DNA from: Amoebophrya sp. A120
Lineage: Eukaryota > Protista > Dinoflagellata
Direction of reading: 5' to 3'
Assembly: GCA_905178155.1 (NCBI GenBank)
Contig: CAJINV010000008.1
Location: 3,105,303-3,169,302, forward strand
Length of the DNA stretch: 64,000 nucleotides
Positions 27,001-35,500 of the stretch are shown here, one piece after another. The stretch's first letter is position 1, and each line of letters begins with the position of its first letter. A program made the position numbers and the translations under genes. A model generated the notes under the pieces. That model made no database searches, had not been told where the DNA came from, and saw only the letters and a program-made list of their open reading frames with translations.

Positions 27001-30000
27001 TTTACCCAGGATATGGCTGTCCTGCACTTCTTTCTACGTCCCCATTTTTGCAGCTACAAGAACTACCGCCACCTCCCGCGACACCGGCAGCTGCTGCGGT
27101 GGAGGTGGTCATTAAGCCTGGTGCCAATGAACCTCACGACTGCACCAGCTACACGACACAAGCAAGAAGGAGAACCTCTACCACAGCTCCCGCTGGTCCT
27201 GGGGAGCAAGCTGCACATGAGGACGGCCCTCAATCTTTCGACCCCGTTGTCGTTGTTTCCCCGGCACGCTACGCGGCGAACTTGCTTCTGGAGAGGAATT
27301 CGAATTCTCATGGATTTGCGCCCGCTCCAGGTCCTGCAGCTCTTGCGCCCCCCGATGATGTTGGCGGAGGTGTAGCTGTTTTGTCAGGAAGACTGACGGG
27401 TAAGGATGATGTGAATTTTGTACGGGTCGGCCACGGGTCCGGGCACACCGGGCAGCCGAGTTTCGAAACGAATTCCAACGGACTGAAAAATACTGATTCA
27501 TCAGCTGGCACTATAGGTTCCCCTTCTTTGAATGAAGTACTTGTCGCGCCGCCCCCCTCCACGTCCTTTGTGGACTACACAGACCTTCTGCCCCTGGTGG
27601 CGGATCAGAGAAGTGAAAGGAAGAAGCTTCGAATGAAATTCCGGCTGCTCGACTGCAGCGCGATTGCGACGAATCGGATGGAACTTTTGCGCGCCGGGGA
27701 TGATGCACAAGAAGTAGATGCTGTAGCGGCCTTACAAGTCGCTGCTTCATCGTCCGCACGCACAGCCGCTGCATCAAAGCGAGACCAGAAGTTATTTTCT
27801 GCGAGCAGCAACAGCATATACGTACGACAGCTCCGCGCCCGGATCCGCAAGGAGCTCAGATTGCGTAGGAGGCAGCTCCTTGCTCAGCAAAAAAATCATG
27901 TATATGCGGCTAGACGAGGAAACGAAAGTGCCAAGATTGACTCGTCATCTTCCTCTTTCACAGCGGAAGAAGTAGAACAACACGAACGTCCAACTGTGGT
28001 GGTGCCTTTGCTGCGCAATTTTTTTCAGGCTGCGCGCGAATTGTACGAACTCGAGCAAGTTATGATAGTGCACAGCTCGTCGTCGTCCCCCTCTTCGTCA
28101 TTTGTCATCCACCAAAGTGGTGCCACAGTCAAAGCCTGTCCGGGTCCTTTGAGCATGTTTGCGTTAGAAGTCGCGGACACCCAAACTGCACTACATTCCG
28201 GATGCCGATTTGATGTCATGCAAAATCTGCATCCTGTACATACACATAGGTTGTATATCGTTTCTGTTGCTAGAAATGCTATGCGAATGAGGGGCAGGGG
28301 AGTTCTTGTGCACTCTCATACAGGTTGAGCTTCTTTCACGAAAAAGACCTACTTCGGCTATCTTGCCGTGTCTATTCCAACTCGGCACCGTCCTGCGCGG
28401 CGAGCTCTTACGTGCCTGCCAGCCGTTCGCCTGCCATATCAAAAGAAAAAAGTTCGTCACGATCACTCATGGGCATTTTTGCAATACAAAATTGTCTGTC
28501 ATGCGTAAAAATGCATCACAGCCACACTTCATAAGGGATCTCCCTAGTGTTTCTGCAATACAAGGAGAAGCTGCGATGCTAGACAAAGTTGTAATGCAAA
28601 ACCTGCAACTTCGTGACTGTGACAAACTTTTTTCTCTCCATATGCCACCGAACCACGCTACTAGTGATCACCCAGGCGTTCCGGGACCTCAATCGTGTGT
28701 TTCTTTTCTCCGCCATGTCTGCGTCGCCTCAAGAGGGCCCGACGACTATTAACGTGGCAAAGACCGGGAAAATAATCGTAGGCGACGCCGACGACAGTGC
28801 TGGTGGAACTTCCTCCCTGCCGCCTGTTTTTCAAGCAAAGTACCTCTCTATCCCCCCTGCAATATGACAATCAAAAGTGCGTCTCCCACCAGAACTTGGC
28901 TGCATTTGTATTGCAAAACTTCGTGATAAAAACACTGCCCATCTTGGTCTTGCATGTGTCCTCAGCGTCACAAATTTTTGATGGCGAATAGCAAAAGTCT
29001 GTGCTGCAAAACATGACAGCAACAGCCGTGTCTGTTATGCAAGAGATACATTGTGCTCTCTGGGTTCTGGAACGAAAGACTCGCAGTCCTTTTTTTCATG
29101 CAAGACAGAAACTTTGACTTTCATGACTATCTGCGTAAAGGTTTCCGAATAGGTTGCGTCTGAGATTGGGGTCGGACTAGCAAGGTACTTCAAAATCAAA
29201 TTCAGCCTGCATTACCATTTGAAAATCTACTTATATGCATCAGAAGATTTTGCAACTTCCGTTGTGGGGCCGCTTTTCATTTTGATAGGCGCCTGAGGTT
29301 CGTTTGCACCAGATTTTGCGGAAACGCTTGGCCGGCAACTCGTCGTCGACGCTGGGAATGCTCCGGCACCTGTGCGACAGACTTGCGCGTATACCCATGC
29401 GAGACCTGCCGCAAACACAACAGCGAGGCGGTGGAGAGCAATCTGTAGCTGCACCAGGGGACGACCAGGACGTGGACGCCGAGGCGGAGGACCCGGTTCT
29501 TTCCTCGTCATCCAAAGAAAACGACGCAGCTGCGGCTGTAAAAAGTCAGAAAGCAATCAAGGGCAATCTGGCTCGGGAGGCCGTCCGCCGAGCCAGACAT
29601 GCCTGCTTTCGGCATGCGGTGAGCGCCCAGGAGACTCGTCAAGCGACAGTGATCTTCGCATCTCCCACACGACCACCAGTTGTAGCCGATCAGTGGCGAG
29701 GTGTAGAAGTAGTTGCTGAAAGAGGTGGTAGTTGCCATAAGCAGAAAGCTGTACTACCTGCTCGTCAAAGTGGTACAAGATCTTGTTTGTCTCCGCGCGA
29801 TGTCGGTGCGGAGGAGCAAAGTGCTCCGTGGTTCAACGTCGTCGTGGGCGGCGGGGGGATAACGAGAAGTGCCACTAGTTGTATTAACTAGAGATGAATT
29901 CGTTCTGGCTTCTGTCGCTACGACCCCTTGCTAAAATTTCGGTGTCTACTTCGAAAACGTTTTCTCGACGAGCGTGCCGCGGAAGTAAAGATCCACACGT

Positions 30001-30526
30001 TGTGCGGCGGGGAAAACCGGGACTGTGGCAGTGCTTCAGCTTCCTCTAGCAGCTGTAGTTTTGTTTCCTCGCGCATTTTTCAAAATTTAATTCTGATTAT
30101 GCCTTGCCAATATGTCTTGGACTTGGTCTGTGCAGACTGGGTCATGCTGGTTTTGCATCATGCCCCGGAAGGGCGGGGGCTGGAATGCAGAGTCTAGTCT
30201 TGAGTCACAGGTTATGTGAGAGGCTCACACGGCCTGCTTCTCATTCTCAACGTGAGAAATGATCTCTCAGCGTAGCCAAAAGTGGGACCTTTTGCTGCTC
30301 CTGCGTGCCAAATTTTTGTGTCACTGAAAAAGACGAACATCACAAGTTTGCACCGTTCCAGACCCAGACATGTTTGCATTTGAAAAAGAATGTTGACGCG
30401 ACGACGATTGGTATCCACACCCAGGAAAAATGTGCGTCAAGTGGAGACTTGTGTCGCTTCCGGAGCAGCCCATGCAACAACGGTACAATTGTCATGCCAG
30501 GCACCCATGTTAGTAAAAGAAACTAG
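3..30526 (+). CDS. Very large multi-exon hypothetical protein (~6,900 codons after removing ~34 introner introns; 5' end outside window)
   Basis: Long plus-strand ORFs (66-2123, 3635-4702, 4936-6963, 8229-9404, 14771-16480, 19113-20372, 20671-21855, 25564-26742, 26958-28328 etc.) join in phase when each TAT...ATA element plus one 5-bp DR is removed, e.g. FDL/LDLYTFENH, EIL/YTDEKE/QYALTRK, KKV/TFNLEV. Unresolved at 12286-12465, 28849-29292 and 29889-29897, so it may be more than one gene. No domain recognised. Confidence 0.65.
2084..2392. mobile_element. Introner element (TATGGAAG-type, ~52-bp TIR)
   Basis: DR GCCCT/GCCCT; tatggaagcgtcaggatcgaaatc ... gatttcgatcctgacacttccata; frame restored. 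Confidence 0.92.
2443..2694. mobile_element. Introner element (~42-bp TIR)
   Basis: DR CGGCT/CGGCT; tataacccgctcaggtgttacaatctcaaacg ... tgtttgagattgtaacgcttgagcaagtcata. Confidence 0.92.
2852..3121. mobile_element. Introner element, family D-like, degenerate
   Basis: DR GTACC/GTGCC; tatgcaagatgaaaaaaagattg ... cagtcttttttacttggata; joins TMY/QEGYYC. Confidence 0.8.
3503..3796. mobile_element. Introner element, family C
   Basis: DR GTGGT/GTGGT; tatcctgtgtaataacgtcc ... ggacgattttacggaggata. Confidence 0.9.
4623..4919. mobile_element. Introner element, family B
   Basis: DR ATCGT/GTCGT; tatgcattgcaaatatgtc ... gacatatttgcagtggata. Confidence 0.9.
6767..7095. mobile_element. Introner element, family A
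   Basis: DR CCTGC/CCTGC; tattcagaggaaaaatcccccctccccatat ... atatggggaggggggatttttcatcttgata. Confidence 0.95.
7779..8046. mobile_element. Introner element, family B
   Basis: DR GATCC/GATCC; tatcaactgtaaaaatgtctgggtctggaaga ... tcttccagacccagacatttttgcaatccata. Confidence 0.95.
8072..8280. mobile_element. Introner element, family D
   Basis: DR AGGAG/AGGAG; tatcgcacgaaaaaactgtttcactgtga ... tcacagtgaaacagttttttctttgcata. Confidence 0.93.
9399..9719. mobile_element. Introner element, family A
   Basis: DR TGGAG/TGGAG; tattgaaaggaaaaatcccccctccccatat ... atatggggaggggggatttttcctcttaata. Confidence 0.95.
9780..10041. mobile_element. Introner element, family B
   Basis: DR GAACC/CAACC; tatcaaacgcaaaagtgtatgggtctgg ... 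ccagacccagacatttttgcacttgata. Confidence 0.92.
10067..10382. mobile_element. Degenerate introner element
   Basis: DR AAGTG/AAATG; residual IR agcacaccc/gggtgtgct; removal gives KRLEV/FAKREN in frame; boundaries less certain. Confidence 0.6.
11185..11343. mobile_element. Introner element, family E (short)
   Basis: DR CTGTC/CTGTC; tatgctttgcaaaagtatcgtactagta ... tacgagtgcgatacttttgcacaggatg. Confidence 0.9.
12708..13007. mobile_element. Introner element, family C, decayed DR
   Basis: DR CTTGA/CCGCA; tatgctgagaaaaaacggacccc ... ggggtgggacgtttttacacaggatg; phase consistent. Confidence 0.8.
13197..13519. mobile_element. Introner element, family A
   Basis: DR AGGAC/AGGAC; tattccgaggaaaaatcacccctccccatatcg ... 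cgatatggggagggtggatttttccttttgata. Confidence 0.95.
13583..13838. mobile_element. Introner element, family B
   Basis: DR GATCG/GATTG; tatgcattgcaaatatgtctgggtctggaa ... ttccggacccagacgtatttgcatttcata. Confidence 0.93.
14440..14783. mobile_element. Introner element, family C
   Basis: DR TGCTT/TGCTT; tatcctgagttggaaaaacgcatcccc ... ggggacgctttgacacaggatg. Confidence 0.88.
16404..16711. mobile_element. Introner element, family C
   Basis: DR AGTCA/AGGCA; tatcttgtgtaacaactacgtccccacct ... aggtggggaagcgtttacacaggatg. Confidence 0.85.
16940..17110. mobile_element. Introner element, family E
   Basis: DR CGACA/CGTCG; tatgcattgcaaaaccaaaagtatcgt ... acgatacttattttttttgaaatttggata. Confidence 0.8.
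17860..18610. mobile_element. Foldback (whole-length hairpin) introner, 751 bp
   Basis: DR GGAGC/GGAGC; arms pair end to end around a 2-nt loop (CC, 18229-18230); removal gives LLGA/EHEHRP in frame. Confidence 0.95.
18862..19175. mobile_element. Introner element, family B-like, decayed DR
   Basis: DR GCCCG/ATGCG; tatgcattgcaaacacgtctgct ... agcaagacatttgcaaaatgcata. Confidence 0.78.
20335..20588. mobile_element. Introner element, family B
   Basis: DR GAGCC/GAGCA; tatcaagtgcaaaaatgtctgggtctggaa ... ttccagacccagacacttttacatttgata. Confidence 0.93.
21672..21854. mobile_element. Introner element, family E, degenerate
   Basis: DR ATTAC/GTTGC; taggaattgcaaaagt ... acttttgcaatggata; phase consistent. 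Confidence 0.72.
22190..22506. mobile_element. Introner element, family B-like; also readable as GT-AG intron 22186-22507
   Basis: tatgcataggaaaatttttctaggtctggaa ... ccagaaacatttgcagttgata; DR decayed (GGTCA/GACAG). Confidence 0.78.
23284..23533. mobile_element. Introner element, family D, 3n and stop-free
   Basis: DR CGCAA/TGCGA; atcgtgagaaaaaaatgtctcagtctca ... tgagactcagacagttttttcttgcgata. Confidence 0.78.
23824..24130. mobile_element. Introner element, family B-like
   Basis: DR GTGCC/GTGCC; tatcaaatgc...atgcgtctgggt ... actcagacgcatgcgcaatccata. Confidence 0.88.
24321..24637 (-). mobile_element. Introner element, family C, inverted orientation
   Basis: DR CAGCA/CAGAA; its right interior is the reverse complement of the left interior of copies at 35856 and 40841. 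Confidence 0.85.
25054..25382. mobile_element. Introner element, family A
   Basis: DR GAAGA/GAAGA; tattgcaaggaaaaactccccc ... gggggaattttcctcacaata. Confidence 0.93.
25455..25600. mobile_element. Introner element, family E (146 bp, shortest)
   Basis: DR GGCGC/GGCGC; tatcctgtgcaaaagtatcgtactcgta ... tacgaatgcgatacttctgcagtgcata. Confidence 0.93.
26735..27013. mobile_element. Introner element, family C
   Basis: DR TGGTT/TGGCT; tacgctgagtaaaaacgtacccacaccagagt ... actctggtgtgggtacgtttttacccaggata. Confidence 0.94.
28061..28320. mobile_element. Introner element (TATGAGAGTGCAC-type)
   Basis: DR CAAGT/CAGGT; tatgatagtgcac ... gtgcactctcata. Confidence 0.88.
28437..28642. mobile_element. Introner element, family D
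   Basis: DR TGCCA/TGCCA; tatcaaaagaaaaaagttcgtcac ... gtgacaaacttttttctctccata. Confidence 0.9.
28849..29287. mobile_element. One or two degenerate introners around a probable small exon (~29056-29127)
   Basis: TAT start at 28849; right end gtggggccgcttttcattttgata (29287) is the reverse complement of the TIR type at 36307; a coding-like SGFWNERLAVLFFMQDRNFDFHD lies between; exact junctions unresolved. Confidence 0.45.
30098..30385. mobile_element. Introner element, family B, decayed
   Basis: tatgccttgccaatatgtcttggacttgg ... ccagacccagacatgtttgcatttgaaa; DR decayed (CTGAT/AAGAA) but phase consistent. Confidence 0.7.
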
Positions 30527-31072
30527 ACGTGTTTCTTGTCAGTGCCTCATTTTCGCAAATTATTCCGAACTTGTCAATTTCAAATGTGACAATCCCATAC
30601 GATTTGATAATTTTATCGTAACTTTTTTGTTCAGCGAGCGTCAGAGGGATCTTTTCAGCCAAATTATCAACACATAAACGAGAATCGAAATCCCTGCCCT
30701 TGAGCACGATATTGTAAAAATGCATGTCTAGGCAGCGCGCCTGACGTCGCAGTTGCTGTGGGTTGATAATAATTGATTCCAACATGATGTATAAAAATGT
30801 TTTTATTGACTGACACGACAATGCCGATGCCCACGATTAGCTTTTGCAATGTAATATTTCAAGTATTGCAAATCGAGGGATCTACTTTTCAGTTTTGCTT
30901 TTGCAGCACGTAGAAACAACCCTTTAGAGGTACTTAGAATTTGTGTCTATCTTCTGGAAAAGAATGCGCCCTTAGTACCTTCATATCATGCAACCCATTT
31001 TTCTGATGGAAACTAAATCGCCAATACTAGAGTCAAGTCGCTTGCACTTCTTTCGTGCGGCGTATTTGTATA

Positions 31073-31797
31073 ATGACAGAGAAATTTATAGACAGGGAGT
31101 AGGGAGGACCCTGGAGGACCAGGGAGGATCAGGGAGGAGCGTTCATGTCTATATAGAAAAAGCATTGGGCATTTTTTCAAAATGTTGTATTCACCGATTG
31201 CATAGCGCATTTTCGGGCCAAGGCTACTTCAGCTTTCTGATAGCCATACCAATAACAACAGCGTGACGAAATTGAACAACGACGCAAATTGTTGAAGTAG
31301 CCACTTCAACAATTGGCGTTGTTGTTCAGTTTGCAACGTGTCACGCAGTTGTTATGGAAGTGGCTACTTCAATTCGCACAGGCAAACTGTTGAAGTTGCC
31401 ACTCCAAAAATTTGCGCTGTGCAAATTTTTGAGGTAGTCACCTCAACAATTTGCGTTTTTGCTGTTGTTCGGTTTGGGTTTGCAACGTGTCGCGCAGCTT
31501 TTGTTGAAGTGGCTCTTTCAACTTCGCGGAAAGTTGAGGCAGCCACTTGAATAGCAACTGCATGACAAATTGCCACAATAGTGGCAATCTATTGAAATGG
31601 AACAAAAATTGTTAAAGTGGCCACTTCAACACTTTGCCTTCAACAATTTGGGTTGTGCAAATTCTTAAAGAGCACCATACCGCCGCGATTGGGGTTTTTA
31701 TGATTTTTCGGCTTTCGGTTTTGGGTTTTATATAGCAAAATCGCCTCCCTGGTCCTCCCTACCCTGGGGCCCGGGATTTCATAAATTCTTCTGTAAT
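31073..31797. repeat. Intergenic foldback/MITE-like element with internal palindromic GTTGAAGTGGC/GCCACTTCAAC subrepeats
   Basis: Outer IR gtagggaggacc...agggagg (~31099-31128) vs cctccctggtcctccctac (~31744-31762); many gttgaagt/acttcaa units at 31285-31650. Confidence 0.7.
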
Positions 31798-32599
31798 GAT
31801 GAAGCACACCTAGTATTTGAGACGAGAAGGGGAACGCCCCCTGGGGCTCTGTCTTTCTTCCCTTTTTCTTTTCGTGTGTAGTTCTAACGGTCTGGACGCG
31901 GGTCGTGACTCACGTGCGGTCGCAAATAAGATAGAACTCGCCCGAGCTCATGCTCACATATGTCTGGAAACGAAATGCAACCACTACAACGGCTGCAGGG
32001 CGCAATCTCTTTTATGTATCTATGCAAGAATGTGGTGCGTGGTCGGCCTATGAGTGAAACACAGATATGAGCAGCATGTAACAGAAACAACCGTAGCAAA
32101 CCACGAATCCGTTGCGTACGCAGAACGGAGGTCGCGCGTGATTGTACAAGTAGGCGCAGGTGGAAAATGATGCCTGTAATGAGCGAAAAGAGTATTGTAG
32201 TGATTATGTTGATTCCCCGATGATAGATACAATCCCGTCTGAGGAGTGAATGTGAAGATGAGGAGGTGTATTCTACACTTTTAGAAGTTAGTTTCTGCCA
32301 ACAGAGCTGGAAGAAGCATGGCCGTTGAAACAGTGCGCGACTGGAAGTGGTGAGTGCCTAGTATGATTACTTCATGCCCACGAGCTTTTTCTTTGACCAG
32401 ATCAAAAATATGCATTCTGGTCGAGAACCGCCTTCTCGCTGCTTTCTTAAATTTCGTGAATTTCCGACGATGAGATAATTATCATTTATCAATCTAAAAA
32501 AACGTAGTGCACTCAAGTTTTCGAATTCTCGATCGAGAACGACCAGACGGAAAAGAAGACAACTGGCGACAACAGGACCACCTGTCGCTCATCTTCAAG

Positions 32600-35500
32600 A
32601 TGATGCGACCCATTCGCGAAGGGGAGCTCACAAAAACGGTGTTATCAAAAGGAAAAATCACCCCTCCCCATGTCGAAAAGGTATGTTTCCGAAAATTTGT
32701 GTTGCTGATTTGAGGTCACAAATCACATTTGTCTTGCAAGAAGACAAGGGCAGAAGCTTGCTCCCCATTATGGGATTGATTTGTCATGTTGTTGGGCCTA
32801 AAGGGGAGCCGTTTGCCATGCTGAACAACTAGACCCCTACGCCCCTACCTAGCCTGCGCATCTGGCCGCAGTGCGCAGCGCCTCTCTGCAATACAAACCT
32901 GATCTGTGTACACAAGTCCAGCATCAGAAGTTCCGTTTTGATATGGGGAGGGGGGATTTGTCTCTTCGATAGGTGTACTCTCACATTCACGACCACCAGT
33001 ACGAGGACGCGATTCGAATTCTGAACGAGTACATACCAAATGCAAAAACGTCTGGGTCTGGAAGATTGCGAGATTTGTCATGCACGTTTTCCATGACCCA
33101 TGAGGTCTGTCATGAAGGACATAGCATGACAGATTCTGTGAGAGTTCTATCATACCTATCCTGCATGAGAAACTGCCTCTCGATTAGGTCAAAAGTGGAC
33201 AGCTTTTGGTAATCATGCAACACAGATTTTTACATGATTCAGATTTAGCATGGCAAGTTGCTTTCTTCCAGACCCAGACACTGTTTTACATTTGATAGTA
33301 CAACACAGGGCGCAACAGCTCCTCACGGGCGAACTTCAGCCTGCTGGCCTACTGCTATTACCACATTCAGGACTTTGCAAGCGCCGCCAGCTACTACCAG
33401 CAGCTCTCGCACCTTTGCCCCGAGAACGAAGAGTACAAGGCCTACTGGATCCAATGTCTGGTGAAGGCCGGGCACTACGAGGAAGCCAGCAACCAGCTGC
33501 TGTCGATGAATTCAGGCGCTGGGGGCGCCGTGAGCGCCACCAGCTCCGACCTGCAGGAGCGCTTACACCACCTGCAGGCGACCATACACTACGAACGGGA
33601 CGAGCTACAGCTCGCAAGGAACGTTCTCACGGCGCCGAACGCCACGGAGGACCCGGAACAGAAAACCATCTTCGAAGCCTCCCTGCTCTGGAAGGAGCAG
33701 CGGTACGCGGAGGCGCTGAAGCTGTACCAGGAGGCGCTGCAAACCCTGGGCTTCGTGGCCTGTGTGGTGTACAACATCGCACTCTGCTACTACAGCCTGA
33801 AGCAGTATGGTCCTATGCATCGCAAATATGTAGTCCGTTCTTGTCATGCGAGATTTCGATTTGAAGCAGAGCAGGATCTGTCTTGCATGAACACGAGTGG
33901 CCAGTTTTTTTGATGTCATGTTGGGAAAATCATTTTGTCACGCGTTTTAGTACACGAATGAAAATGAATGTGCAAGAACAGGCCTCGATAAATAAGTTCT
34001 CATGCTGAAAGCCGTACCGGCTACTCTCCAATGCGAGCATGATCAGCAACACAAGTTACTTATTCCCAGGCCGAGACATATTTGCATTTGATAGGGCCGG
34101 CCTTGAAGCAACTCGCGGACATCATCGAAAAGGGGGTGCGCGAGCACCCCGAGCTCGCGGTGGGTGGGTCTGACTACAGCGGAAACAACCTGCCCACCCG
34201 GTCCGTCGGGAACACGTCGGTCCTGCGCGAGTCCGCGTTGGTGGAGGCCTTCAATCTGAAGGCCGCCATCGAATACCAGATGGAGAACAAGGAAGCCGCG
34301 CGCGACGCGCTGCAGGACATGCCCCCGCGGGAGGAGTCCGAACTGGATCAGGTCACGCTACACAACCTCGCGCTGATCCAGAACATGGAAGACAAACCCT
34401 CCGAGGGCTTTCGCAAGCTGAACTTCCTGCTGCAGCAGCAGCCCAGTCCCCCGGAGACCTTTGTCAACCTGCTGCTGCTATTATGCATTTTTGCAAATAT
34501 GTCTGCGTCGGGAAGAGGCGAGCCGAGTCTGTGATGCTCTGAGGTCATCACGTCGGAAACGCAAAATATTTCATCTGCACTACTATTGCATGAGCATCCA
34601 GAGAAACCTACTTTTTGCCATTCGAAGACGGTACTTTTCATTTACGAGGAGAGGCATGAAGGAGCCTTATCGAAACTTGTACCGCAGGTGCAGCGTGCAT
34701 TCCAGCACTTCTGGGTCATGCTAGACCACCTGCACGACAAGCCTTGCAGTCCTGCTCCAGGCCCAGACACATTTGCACTTGATTGCTGTACTGCAAGTAT
34801 AACTACTTTGACCTGGCCGCCGACATCCTGGCCGAAAACGCGGACTTGACGTACAAATATCTGAATCCTCAGTATGGCTTGTTCAGATGTCACGAAAATC
34901 TCAACTGTTGCAAGAATAAAATCGGGACTTTGTCTAGCATGAACAGCATGAAAAATAACCTACAGAGGCTTGCGCTTTTCGCAGTACAACGAACTTCGAC
35001 GAACGATTCTAATGGGATTTGCTGCGAGTGCCTGAACTTGTCAGCATGCGCATTCGTGTGAGAGAAGGCCAGATCGTGTATGATCTTCTTCTTTTGCATA
35101 CGTAGAACTACGAAGTACGAAGAGGAAGAGCAGAAATCTGCATTTTATAAATAGAACAGTTGACGAGATTGTCCCACCTGCGCAGTCTATACACAGGAGT
35201 TTGAGTTTCTGGATGCCTTGATTTTGGCCCAGAGTGCCCCCGAAGACGCCTTCAAGCGGTTCGAGGAACTTTCGGGGAAGTATGGAGTTTTCACAGCGCG
35301 TTACATTCTCAGTTGTTACATGTTGAATTTGCGAACGAAGGCTTCGGCCCTCGTTCTCCCCGGCAACTCCCCGAGTTTGGCCGTTCACCACTAAAACGGG
35401 CGGCGTTTCGTCAAGCTCCGGTGGCGATCGGTTGAGACACTAATCGCCAGCTCCTACTTACAAGCAGGAACATAGATAGTGCGCTAAACAGTTACTCGCT

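Noticed and set aside
303-30000. Long minus-strand ORFs opposite gene 1 (e.g. 419-1393, 3785-4582)
   Set aside because: These are antisense shadows of the coding strand; only the plus strand gives a coherent, codon-biased product after element removal.
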